A stretch of 64,000 bases of DNA from an uncultured Thermoleophilia bacterium (GTDB lineage: Bacteria; Actinomycetota; Thermoleophilia; UBA2241), in assembly GCA_963700035.1 (NCBI GenBank), contig CAVOWE010000021.1:47441-111440 (forward strand), read 5' to 3'. The first letter of the stretch is position 1. The number at the start of each line of letters is the position of its first letter. A program made the position numbers and the translations under genes. A model generated the notes under the pieces. The model saw only the letters and a program-made list of their open reading frames with translations. It was not told the origin of the DNA and searched no databases. Positions 30,225 through 39,840 of the stretch are shown piece by piece.

Positions 30225-31376
30225 GTGCAGTACCGTGACTTCGGCAAGCTCGACTTCAAGCCCTCGGCCCTCGGCTTCGGCGCCATGCGCCTGCCCGTGC
30301 TCGAGAGCGCCGACGGCAAGCCGGACTTCAAGCGCATCGACTACCCGCGGGCGACGGCCATGCTGCGGCGCGCCATCGACAGCGGGGTCAACTACGTGGA
30401 CACCGCCTACGTGTACCACGAGGAGGAGTGCGAGGCCTGGCTGGCGGAGGCGCTCCAGGCCGGCTACCGAGACAAGGTCAAGGTCGCGGACAAGATGCCC
30501 GTCTGGAAGGTCGAGCAGCCCGGCGACTTCGAGCGCCTGCTCGCGACGCAGCTGGAGCGCCTCCAGACCGACTGCATCGAGTTCTATCTGCTGCACAGCC
30601 TCGACGAGGCGCACTGGAAGTGCGTCGTCGAGCAGGGCCAGCTTGCCGCCGCCGAGAAGGCGCTCGCCGACGGCCGCATCGCCCACCTGGGCTTCAGCTT
30701 CCACGGCACCTACGACCTGTTCGAGGAGGTCCTCGCGGCCACAGACCTGTGGGAGTTCTGCCAGATCCAGCTCAACTACATGGACGAGGACTATTCGGCC
30801 GGCCGTCGCGGCCTTGACCTCGCGGCCGGCAAGGAGCTGGGGGTGATCGTCATGGAGCCCATCCGCGGCGGCATGCTGGCGCGCAACCTGCCGCCGCAGG
30901 TCGAGGCGGTCTGGGCCGAAGCCCCCGTGTCTCGCACCCCGGCCGAGTGGGCGCTGCAGTGGGTCTGGAGCATCCCCGAGGTGTCGTTCGTGCTCAGCGG
31001 GATGAGCACCATGCGGCACGTCGAGGAGGACCTGGAGTATGCAGCGCGTTCGCGGCCGGGGCTACTCGGCGCCGAGGAGCTCGCGGTCGTCGCGCGGGTG
31101 CGCGACCTCTACCGCGAGCTCAGCCCTATCCCGTGCACGGCCTGTCGCTACTGCATGCCGTGCCCCCAGGGCGTCGCCATCCCCGACATCCTCACGCTCT
31201 ACAACGATGCGCACATGTACGGCGACGTATCGCGTCAGCGCTTCTTCTACACCTGGCTCGACGAGGAAGAGCGCGCCGACCGGTGCACCGCCTGCGGGGA
31301 GTGCGAGGGCGCATGCCCGCAGGGCATCGCCGTCAGCGGCTGGATGGAGAAGGCGCAAGCGTTCCTGGGCGGATGA
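30225..31376 (+). CDS. Aldo/keto reductase with C-terminal Fe-S cluster-binding motifs
   Basis: The AKR N-terminus is LGFGAMRLP. The C-terminal Cys motifs are CTACRYCMPCPQG and CTACGECEGACPQG. Confidence 0.8.
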   Translation: MQYRDFGKLDFKPSALGFGAMRLPVLESADGKPDFKRIDYPRATAMLRRAIDSGVNYVDTAYVYHEEECEAWLAEALQAGYRDKVKVADKMPVWKVEQPGDFERLLATQLERLQTDCIEFYLLHSLDEAHWKCVVEQGQLAAAEKALADGRIAHLGFSFHGTYDLFEEVLAATDLWEFCQIQLNYMDEDYSAGRRGLDLAAGKELGVIVMEPIRGGMLARNLPPQVEAVWAEAPVSRTPAEWALQWVWSIPEVSFVLSGMSTMRHVEEDLEYAARSRPGLLGAEELAVVARVRDLYRELSPIPCTACRYCMPCPQGVAIPDILTLYNDAHMYGDVSRQRFFYTWLDEEERADRCTACGECEGACPQGIAVSGWMEKAQAFLGG

Positions 31377-31413
31377 GCGCCGCCGACGCTTCGGCCACCG
31401 GACCCCGGGGCTG

Positions 31414-32478
31414 CTACTTCACGCGCGCCCCATAGATGTGGATGTGGCTGAGCACGCGTCTGGCCGGTCCCGACTCCCAGACGACGGTCCGCCCGCTGAC
31501 CGCCGGGAAGAGGCACGTCAGGTTCTTCTGCGTGATCTTGACGGCGTCCTTGCCGCCGGCCATGTCGCGCACGTAGACCGCGGCGCCGGCCTTGTAGCTG
31601 ATGGCGAACGAACCGCCCTTGCCACCGCCGTCCCAGGTCACGAGGGCCCCGTCGATGCGCGGCCGTGAGCCTTGGGCGACATAGGTGCGCTTGCCCGTCG
31701 TGAGGTTCTTGAGCATGACGCGGCCACCGGCCTCCCACCACACGACGCGGTTGGCGCTGATATCGGGGCTCCACTCGAACCCGCTCGTCTGCGAGACCCG
31801 GAACGGTGCGCCGGCGGGCAGGTTGCGGCCGCTGATGTCGCCGTCGGACGACGTGTACACCGCCGTGTGCACGGTCTTGGTCCCGACCGTGCGACGGCTG
31901 ACGCCGAGGCTGCTCAGGACGCTGCTCGTGGCGATCCTGTAGGTCTTCCCGGCGACGAGGTCCCTGGCCTTGATCGTGTACGGACCAGCGGAGTCTGCGG
32001 CCTCGATCCAGACCACCCACTGGTCGACGATCTCCGGGAACCACTTGAGCGCGGCGCTGCGCACGACCACGAGATTGCGCTTGGTGGTGAGGTTGCGTCC
32101 GTAGATGTCGCCGCCGTCGTGGTTGCGCTTGTCGACCCACACCGCGACGTACTCCGTGCGGCCGCCGACCAACGTGGCCGCCACGCTCGGGTTGTCCTGG
32201 TGGAATCTGTTCGTGCAGACGGCGAAGTCCTTCTTGGAGTTGAGATTGCGGCCGTAGATGTCCAGGTTGCCGTTGCGGTTGTCGGTCCACACCGCCATGG
32301 TGCCGGCGATGTCCGGCCCGGCCTGACCGCCCATCTCGATGCACACGGGAAAGACCGTGGGAGCCACCCGGGCGGCGGCCGGCGCCGGCAGCGCCGCCGC
32401 CCAGACAGCCGCCAGCACCACGCCGACGGCGAACAGCGCAGAGGTCCGGCGCCACGAAGGCGAAGACACGCTGGTCAT
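31414..32478 (-). CDS. Secreted beta-propeller-type repeat protein
   Basis: The start is ATG 32478, with AAGGAGGGG 5 nt upstream, and a signal peptide is present. The recurring motif is VW.D.RNGN.DIYGRNL (AVWTDNRNGNLDIYGRNL, AVWVDKRNHDGGDIYGRNL, SSDGDISGRNL). Confidence 0.55.
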   Translation of the reverse strand: MTSVSSPSWRRTSALFAVGVVLAAVWAAALPAPAAARVAPTVFPVCIEMGGQAGPDIAGTMAVWTDNRNGNLDIYGRNLNSKKDFAVCTNRFHQDNPSVAATLVGGRTEYVAVWVDKRNHDGGDIYGRNLTTKRNLVVVRSAALKWFPEIVDQWVVWIEAADSAGPYTIKARDLVAGKTYRIATSSVLSSLGVSRRTVGTKTVHTAVYTSSDGDISGRNLPAGAPFRVSQTSGFEWSPDISANRVVWWEAGGRVMLKNLTTGKRTYVAQGSRPRIDGALVTWDGGGKGGSFAISYKAGAAVYVRDMAGGKDAVKITQKNLTCLFPAVSGRTVVWESGPARRVLSHIHIYGARVK

Positions 32479-32556
32479 GGTTGCCCCTCCTTGTCGACCA
32501 TCACTGGCCTCATAGTACCCCATGCACGACGGCATCCCAGCGTGGCGGCGACCGCG

Positions 32557-33453
32557 TCAGGCGATGATCCGCCGCAGCGCCGTCTGGACGGCGGCCGCAC
32601 AGCCGGCGAAGCCGGGCAGGCGGCCGCCGGTCTCTTCGTCCATGTAGAGGTCGCGGCGCAGCTCGATCATGACGGCGTGGACGCGCCGATCGTTGCCCAG
32701 GTAGGGCAGGGGCACCAGGGCGCCGGCGAACGGTCGGTCGAAGGCGATGCCGGCGACGGCCTTCCCGGCTCCCTCCGGCGCCGGCTCGTGCGGCGCCGAG
32801 GCCGGGTCCGGCGCCGCGCCGCCCGGCCACCGCGAGAGCATCTCCCCTAATGCCTCCGCGGCGCGCTCGCGCAGCCAGGGCGGGGTGTGCATGCCGGGAT
32901 GCGCGAAGGGTGCGTTCGGCGGGAGCGTCATGTCGGTGCCGATGCAGACCGCGGGGCGATGGACCACCTTCCAGCGGTCGGCGCTCACCTTGAACTCGTA
33001 CGGGAGCGGCCGGCTGGGGAAGCTGTGGCAGTCGACGATGAGGCAGCGGCCGTGAGCCGCCAGCGCCGCCGCCGTGGCGGCCTCGAGGGCGGCGTGATGG
33101 GGGCGGTAGTAGCGCGCCAGCAGGGTCTCGCGCTCGCGCGCGGCCTCTGCCTCGTCGCGCAGAGCGAGCCCCTGCGACGTCCTGGTATACACCGCGCCCA
33201 TCCCGACGGCTTCCATCTGCTCCGCCTCGGGATCCTCGAAGCGCTCGGGGTCGACGATGAGGCGGCTGACCGGGAAGCGCACGGTGACGGCCGCCTCGGG
33301 CGGCAGGGCGAAGAGCTCGTCGGTGTACCAGTCGGTCATGAGCCGCAGTTCGTGGACGAGGTCCTCGTCCGCGAGCAGGAACTGCGGCCGCACGTCCGCC
33401 GGCACCTCGGCCGAGCCGTGTGGCAGGTGAAGGATGACGCCCGGTACGGTCAC
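32557..33453 (-). CDS. N-formylglutamate amidohydrolase family protein
   Basis: The family-like segments are HLPHGS, DPERFEDP, CLIVDCHSFP and AVMIELRRDLY. The start is probably GTG 33453. Confidence 0.65.
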   Translation of the reverse strand: MTVPGVILHLPHGSAEVPADVRPQFLLADEDLVHELRLMTDWYTDELFALPPEAAVTVRFPVSRLIVDPERFEDPEAEQMEAVGMGAVYTRTSQGLALRDEAEAARERETLLARYYRPHHAALEAATAAALAAHGRCLIVDCHSFPSRPLPYEFKVSADRWKVVHRPAVCIGTDMTLPPNAPFAHPGMHTPPWLRERAAEALGEMLSRWPGGAAPDPASAPHEPAPEGAGKAVAGIAFDRPFAGALVPLPYLGNDRRVHAVMIELRRDLYMDEETGGRLPGFAGCAAAVQTALRRIIA

Positions 33454-33714
33454 GCGCCCAGCGTACCACCGCGAGCGCCTGCGATGGCAGTGGCGCAGCG
33501 CCGGTCCAGGCGCCGGCGACGCGTTTCCTGCGCCGGGTGGCATCCTGTCGTCGGGTTTGTATACTGGGCCGGCAGCGGCCTTGCCGATGCCGGCCCGCCG
33601 GCCTGGCGGCGCGGGCCGGTCCAGCGCCTCGCGTCGGGCGATCCCACGGCGCGCATCCCCAGCCTCGCGCTTCTCACCGTCGTCGACGCAGAGCGTCCTG
33701 CGAGAGGAGAGCCC

Positions 33715-34242
33715 ATGCGGCGTACCACAGGTGTCACTTCAGCTCTCGGCATGATCCTCATCGTCTGTGTCGCCCTTGTGGCCGGTCTTGCTGCGCCCGC
33801 CGGCGCTCAGGCGCGGGCCGGCCTGTCGGACCTCGAACGCGAGGTCCTGGCCTGCGTCAACGCCGAGCGCGTGGCGCGCGGGCTGGCGATCGTGCGGCCG
33901 CAGGCCGACCTCATGTGCGCCGCGCGGGCGCATTCGCGCAGCATGGCGCACCGAGCGTTCTTCTCGCACGACTCGTTGACAGGCGCAACGTTCGGTCTGC
34001 GGCTACTCGGCCACGGCTACGAACGCGACGGGTTCGCCGGATGGAGCGTCGGGGAGAACATCGCCAGCGCCCGCGTCGGCACCGTGGCGGCAACGCCGCG
34101 GGGGGTGGTACTCCTCTGGATGCGGAGCGCCGCCCATCGGCGCGTGATCCTCAGCGCCGCGTTCCGCGACGCCGGGATCGGCATCCATTCCGCGGCCGGC
34201 ACGAGCTACTTCACCCTCGACCTGGGCCGTCGCCGGCGCTGA
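33715..34242 (+). CDS. Secreted CAP/SCP (YkwD-like) domain protein
   Basis: GAGAGGAGA lies upstream of ATG 33715, and a signal peptide is present. The family-like segments are VNAERVARGL, HSRSMAHRAFFSH, GENIA and WMRSAAHRRVIL. Confidence 0.75.
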   Translation: MRRTTGVTSALGMILIVCVALVAGLAAPAGAQARAGLSDLEREVLACVNAERVARGLAIVRPQADLMCAARAHSRSMAHRAFFSHDSLTGATFGLRLLGHGYERDGFAGWSVGENIASARVGTVAATPRGVVLLWMRSAAHRRVILSAAFRDAGIGIHSAAGTSYFTLDLGRRRR

Positions 34243-34264
34243 CCCTTGCGCGCGCGCGCGCGCG

Positions 34265-35287
34265 CTAGGCCGTCGTCTCGCCGCGGGCGACGCTCATGTA
34301 GGCGTCGTGCACCTGCTCGTCCGAACCGGCCGTGAAGTAGGGCTCGAGCTCGCGGAAGAGGTAAGTGACGTCCGGCTGGTCCGCGCAGACGGCCGGCAGC
34401 GTCGTGCCCTCCCGCGTCGCGGCTGCGATGGCGGCCGCGTGCGCCTGCTGCATGGCGATGACGGCGTCGGCGAGCGTGTACCAGGCGGCCGCGTACTCGG
34501 GCGAGTACTCGGGCTCCGGCTGGTCGGCCGGCGCGCCCGCCGTCCCCCCCGAGTCCTTCGCCAGCTCGACCTCCGAGAAGCGCAGGTAGTTGAGATGCGC
34601 GCCGCGTACGGCCAGCGCCGCCGTCTTGAGCGCGGCGAGGGCTTCGCTCGCGCCGGGTGCCGCGGCGGCCGCGGGCGCATATGTGGCGGGCGGCGCTGGA
34701 GCGGGAACCGCCAGGCCCGGCGTCATGGGCCGCTGCCCGAGAGGCGGCGCCGGGGGCAGCGGCGCGCCGCCGGGCCCGGGCGCCGTCATGCCGCCGGCGA
34801 TGACTCCCGCCGGCGCCGCGCTGCGCCGCACGACCACGGTCCTCGCCGCGAGGTCGCCGAGCCGCTTGTTCTTCGTGTTCACCAGGCACGAGATGCCCGA
34901 GGGGATGTACCAGAAGAGCACTTCGGGCAGGCGGATGAGGTTGCGGACCACGACGGCGATGCCGGAGGGCCTCGCGCCGTCGTCCGTGGTCACCTGCATG
35001 TGAAAGACGAGCTTGCCCACGCTGGCCGCGGTCAGCGCCTCGAACAGCGTGTAGTACACGAAGATGAGGCCGTACGTGACCGCGTACATCCAGGCCGGCG
35101 CGGTGCGCTGGAGGTCGAGGCCGCCGCTGAACGCCGGGTCCTTGAGGTCGAGCGCTCCGGCGGCGGCCATCACGGCGAAGATCACCACGAGAAGGAAGAA
35201 GAGCACCACGGTGTCGACGGCGATGGCGGCGAAGCGCCAGCCGAGGCCGGCGTACTGCACCTGCTCGCGAGCGCGCACCTGTTCCAC
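34265..35287 (-). CDS. RDD-family membrane protein with Pro-rich linker and ~140-aa C-terminal domain of unknown function
   Basis: The start is GTG 35287, downstream of GAAGGGAAG. The RDD-like N-terminus is GLGWRFAAIAVDTVV, with KRLGDLAARTVVV further on. Confidence 0.7.
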   Translation of the reverse strand: MEQVRAREQVQYAGLGWRFAAIAVDTVVLFFLLVVIFAVMAAAGALDLKDPAFSGGLDLQRTAPAWMYAVTYGLIFVYYTLFEALTAASVGKLVFHMQVTTDDGARPSGIAVVVRNLIRLPEVLFWYIPSGISCLVNTKNKRLGDLAARTVVVRRSAAPAGVIAGGMTAPGPGGAPLPPAPPLGQRPMTPGLAVPAPAPPATYAPAAAAAPGASEALAALKTAALAVRGAHLNYLRFSEVELAKDSGGTAGAPADQPEPEYSPEYAAAWYTLADAVIAMQQAHAAAIAAATREGTTLPAVCADQPDVTYLFRELEPYFTAGSDEQVHDAYMSVARGETTA

Positions 35288-35388
35288 GTGACTTCCCTTC
35301 CGCGCCGCAGACCCAGCGCCGCGGACGTGGGTCGATTGTATATGCGATCCGCGGTCGGGCGCGGCGCGCCCGCCGCCCGTTCCTCGCT

Positions 35389-35784
35389 TCAGCCCGCGAG
35401 GACCGCCTCGAGGTCCGCCTCCAGAGGCGGCAGGTCCCGGCGCACCGTCTGCCAGAGGATCCCGGGGTCCACGCCGAAGTACTCGTGCACGACGACGTTG
35501 CGCACGCCGCGCAGAATGCGCCACGGCACGGCGGGGTGCGCGTCGAGGATGGGCTCGGGGATCCAGCGGATCGACTCGCCCATCGTCATGAGGTTGCGGA
35601 CCACAGCGTCCATGGTCCGGCCGTCGTCCACGAACTCATCGAACGTCATGCCATCCGTGTAGTCGGCGATGGCGCGCAGGGCGGCGAGGATGTCGCGCAC
35701 GCGAAAGCGCCAGTCGCGGAAGCGCAGCTTGACCTGGCGCTCCTGGTAGCCCGGATGGCGACGGTCGGGAGGCTCAGAAGGCAC
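35389..35784 (-). CDS. hepT: HepT-like HEPN toxin (DUF86)
   Basis: The Rx4H motif is in GVRNVVVHEYFGVD. The gene overlaps the upstream MntA stop by 11 nt. Confidence 0.8.
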   Translation of the reverse strand: MPSEPPDRRHPGYQERQVKLRFRDWRFRVRDILAALRAIADYTDGMTFDEFVDDGRTMDAVVRNLMTMGESIRWIPEPILDAHPAVPWRILRGVRNVVVHEYFGVDPGILWQTVRRDLPPLEADLEAVLAG

Positions 35785-36070
35785 GCACGGCCTCCGCGAG
35801 GATCTCGTCGCGCATCTCCGCGCGCAGGGCGGCCGGCGTCGCGAGGTCGATGCGCGTGCCCATCACGTCCCCCAGGAAGTCGAGCAGGCGCACGAAGGTG
35901 AACAGGCCCACCTGCGCCTGCGGGTCGAACTCGACGAGCACGTCGACGTCGCTGTGCACCGTGGCCTGGTCGCGGGCCGTGGAACCGAAGACCGCGATGT
36001 GACGCACGCTGAAGGTGCGCAGCTTCTCACGGTTGCGGTCGAGGCGGCGGAGGGCTTCGCGGCGGGTCAT
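35774..36070 (-). CDS. mntA: MntA-like nucleotidyltransferase antitoxin
   Basis: The minimal NTase motif is VFGSTARDQATVHSDVDVLVEF. Confidence 0.85.
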   Translation of the reverse strand: MTRREALRRLDRNREKLRTFSVRHIAVFGSTARDQATVHSDVDVLVEFDPQAQVGLFTFVRLLDFLGDVMGTRIDLATPAALRAEMRDEILAEAVRAF

Positions 36071-36127
36071 GGCGGGATTCTACCGGACGCCGGCGGGCGA
36101 CGCGTGGGCCCGCCTCCGACCCGTGCG

Positions 36128-36874
36128 TCAGCCCAGCGACCCGCCGCGGGCCTTGCGCAGACTGGCCAGGAACCCCTTCCCGAGAAAGCTGTCGTCGCCC
36201 AGCGAGCACAGCCGTGCGAACATCGGCACCGTCACCGTGAAGGCGAGCACGTCGGCCGGCAGGTCGCCGCGCATGGCGATGTCGGTGCCGCCGATCACGG
36301 CCTGCGGCGCATCGAGGTCGCGGAACGGCACGACGAGCTCGGAGCAGCCCGATCCGAACGGCACCGTCACGGGGTCGGGCTCACCCCAGGCGTGCTGGTG
36401 GTAGGCGCCGTGCTGCAGCACGCTGAGCTGGTCGGGGTTCACCCAGAAGGTGACGGTCCTGAGGTAGGCGGCGAGCGCCGGCTTGAGGGGCCCGACGAGC
36501 ACGTGAGCATGTTCGGGCCGGTACGTCGGCGCCTTGTCGATCCAGTCGGCCATGAGCTCGCGCGAGGCGCGCAGGCCCTCGTCGCCCCAGAGGAAGTCGA
36601 TGAAATCCTCACGCTCGCGGGTCTGCACGCCGAAGAAGGCGCGACCGCAGCCGCCGCAGCCGAAGTTGTCGGCGGTCAGATGCAGCGTCTCGCCCTTCAG
36701 CCAGCAACGGTAGAAGTGGAACACGCAGGGGCCGCGCCCGGATCCCGGTCTGGGCGCGACGAGCGGAGCGAACGCGTCGGGGTCGGGGGTGTCGTAGAGA
36801 CCGACCAGCGGGCGGTCCAGCGCCAGCTCCGCGATCAGACGCGACGGGTCGGGCTGGGGTGAGTGCTGCGGCAT
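36128..36874 (-). CDS. DUF169-like protein
   Basis: This is a 248-aa ORF with sense-like composition. The family assignment is from memory of the overall sequence style only. Confidence 0.5.
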   Translation of the reverse strand: MPQHSPQPDPSRLIAELALDRPLVGLYDTPDPDAFAPLVAPRPGSGRGPCVFHFYRCWLKGETLHLTADNFGCGGCGRAFFGVQTREREDFIDFLWGDEGLRASRELMADWIDKAPTYRPEHAHVLVGPLKPALAAYLRTVTFWVNPDQLSVLQHGAYHQHAWGEPDPVTVPFGSGCSELVVPFRDLDAPQAVIGGTDIAMRGDLPADVLAFTVTVPMFARLCSLGDDSFLGKGFLASLRKARGGSLG

Positions 36875-37199
36875 GAGACTCCTCCACGATGAGGGGAACG
36901 GTGACCTGCGGCGATTCTACGCGCGCACGGGGAGCGAGAGCCAAGCCGTCCGCCCTGTACCGGCGCCTCTCTCGCGCCAGAGTCAGGGCATCAGGGAGAG
37001 GATCAGCGCTCCGGGCTGGCCGTACTGGTGGGGCGGCGCGCTCGCGCCGCCCCAGTCGATGCACAGGGTGAGGCCGGTGCCGAAGGCGATCACGGCCGCG
37101 ATCGGCGACGACCAGCAGGACGCAGAGCGACGTGTCTGCGATGCGTGTGCATGTCTCCAGTATCCCCGGCTCCACACTCCAGCCACGCAAGCTGCGGCG

Positions 37200-39840
37200 T
37201 CAGGGCACGACGAACCGTGCGCTGCTGCCCGACTTGCCGGCGCTCACCTCGAGGCGCGCGTCGATGCGTTCGCGCAGTTCGCTCACGTGGGAGATGATGC
37301 CGACCAGCCGCCCGCCCTCGTGGAGGCTCATCAACGAGCTGATCGCCAGGTCGAGGGACTCATCGTCGAGCGAGCCGAAGCCCTCGTCGACGAACACCGT
37401 CTCGAGGCGGATCCCGCCGGCGTGCGCCTGGACGACCTCGGCGAGCCCGAGCGCGAGCGCGAGCGCCGCCATGAACTTCTCGCCGCCCGAGAGCGTAGCG
37501 ACCGGTCGGGCGGCGCCGGTCCACGCGTCGTACACGAGGAGGCCCAGGCCGGCCGCCCGCTTGCCGCCACTGCGCTCCTCGGTGCGCTCGAGGGCGTAGC
37601 GGTTCTTGCTCATCGTGCGCAGGCGCGCGGAGGCGGCGACCAGCACGTCGTCGAGGAACGCCCCCAGTACGTAGCTCTGGAAGGAGAGGCCGCGAGGGTT
37701 GCGGCGGTTGGCCACGTCGGCGAGCCGGCCGACGACCGCGTAGCGGGCCTCCAGGCCGGCGGCCTCGTCGGCGAGCTCGTGGACGCGGGCGAGCTGCTTC
37801 TCGGCGGACTCGGCGGCGTCACGAAGTGAGATGGCCGCCTCGCGGGCGTTGCGCGCGACGACGGCGCGGGCCTCCGCCTCGGCCTCGAGCTGCGTGAGGT
37901 CCGGCGGCTCCAGCCCCTGCGCCGCCTGCTCCGCCAGGCGCAGGCGCTCGGCCGCTCTCAGGGTGCTCTGCTCGTGCTCGGCCACGGACTTCTCGAGCTG
38001 CTCCACGACGGACGGGTCGCGCTGCGCAGCCCTGCGCGCGGCCTCGTCGGCGAAACCCGCCTCCACGAGGCGCTGCGACCAGCCGGTGCGCCGGCCTCGC
38101 GGGCCGCGCGCCTCGACGCCCGCGAGGGCAGCGGCCGCGGCGGCGCGCGACGCCTCGCCGCCGGTGGCGGCGACCTCCGCCGCGTGGGCCTCGCGTCTGG
38201 GCGACGCTCGAAGGCTTCGCGCAGCTCGCGCTCGATCCGCTCCGCCTCGGGGAGCGCTCGCGCGAGCACGTCGGGGTCGGCCAGCTCGGGCGGCACGCCG
38301 GCGGCGCGCTCCTCGGCAAGCGCCTCGGCGGCGGCGAGCGCGGCCGCCGCCTGCTGCAGGCTCGCGCGCGCCGTGTCGCGCCGCGCGAGCGCCGCTTCGA
38401 CGGCCGCGCGGCCCGCCTCGACGACGTCCTCGGCCGGGGCGTCGGCGGTGAGCTCGGCCGGAGAGGGGTGCTCCGTGGATCCGCACACCGGGCACGGGAG
38501 GCCGTCCCCGAGCGACCGCGCGAGAAGGCCGGCCTGGGCCTGCCACCACGCCGTCTCGAGCTCGGCGAGTCGTCCGGCGCGCCGCCGTCCAGGCGGCGTC
38601 GGCCGCCTCGGCGCCGACGCGGCCGTCCGAGGCCTCGGTGGTGGCCCTCGTCAGCGCCGCGCGGGCCGCGGCCAGCTCGCCGGCGCCGGCCACGAAGCCT
38701 CCTGAGGCGCGTGACCTCGGCGGCGGCCAGCTCGCGGGCCGGCGCGCGGGAGACCTCGAGCGCGAGCGCCGCGGCCGCCGCGGCGCTGGCGCTCGAGGTC
38801 TCGGCCGCGGCGGCGCTCGCCGCCGCGGCGGCGTCGCGCGCGATCGAGAGGTCGGCCTCCGCGTCGCCGGCCTCGCGCGCCACGTCGGCGAGCCGCGGCC
38901 GCAAGGCGCGCAGCCTCGAGCTCCGCGCGGCGCACCTGCGATCTCACCGTCGCGTCCCGCGAGTCCGTTGACCTCGGTCTGCGGCGTCGCCGGCCTCGCG
39001 CAGCCGCGCCGCGGCGTCGCGGCCCTCGGCGAGCAGCCTTCTGGGCGGCCTTGTACTGCGATCTCGGCCTCGTCGGCGTGCTGCGCCGCGTCCTGAGCCT
39101 CGATGGTGAGCCGCGCGCACCGCTCGCGAAGGTCGTCGGCGCTCGCCGCCTGCGCCTGATGCAGGACCTCCCCACGTTGCGTGTGGACAGTCTCGGCCGC
39201 CCGCCGCAGGGTGGCGGCCTCGTCTTTCAGGGCCAGTTCGATGGCGGCGTAGTGGCCCGTGTCGAAGAGCGCGCGGAGGATCTCTTCGCGCTCGCTGGAG
39301 TCGGCCTCGATGAGCTGCTGGAAGCGTCCCTGGGGGAGCATGACCACCTGCCGGAACTGCTCGCCGCGGAAGCCGAGCACGTCCTCTGCCTTGGCCTTGA
39401 CCTTGGTCCAGCCGGTGGCCAGGGGCGCGCCGTCGAGAGTCAAGGCCGCTACCGTCGTCACGGCGCAGGCGCCACATCGTGGCCTCCTGCAGGTGAGTGG
39501 TCGTGCCCTCTCCGCGCCGCTTGGGACGCGCCTGCTCCGGGAGGCGTTCCACGCGATAGAGGTCGTCGCCGATCGAGAAGTCGAAGACGACGCGCGTGAG
39601 CGTGCCGGGGTCGGCGTGGTCGCTACGCATCGCGGCGCCGCTGCGGCCGCCCTCGCTCTCGGCGCCTCCGCTGGTGTCGCCGTAGAGGGCGAACGACATG
39701 GCGTCGAGAACGGTGGTCTTGCCGGCGCCGGTGGGTCCGGTGATGAGAAAGAACCCGGCGCCGCGCAGGTCGGCGAAATCGAGGGTCTGGACGCCGGCGT
39801 AGGGCCCGAAGGCCTGCATGGTGACGGCCAGCGGCCTCAT
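37200..39840 (-). pseudogene. sbcC: SbcC/Rad50-type ATPase, reading frame broken about nine times within the coiled-coil
   Basis: The N-terminal Walker A is GPTGAGKTT (frame of ORF 38944-39840). The zinc hook is LPCPVCGSTEHP (frame of ORF 37958-38488). The C-terminal LSGGEKF, VFVDEGFGSLD and IISHV are in the frame of ORF 37200-39461. The start overlaps sbcD as ATGA. Confidence 0.85.

Noticed and set aside
30123-31019. The upstream extension of the asparaginase ORF (the 605-aa tracked ORF).
   Set aside because: The extension is antisense to the aldo-keto reductase and is compositionally aberrant. The asparaginase family sequence starts at ATG 30122.
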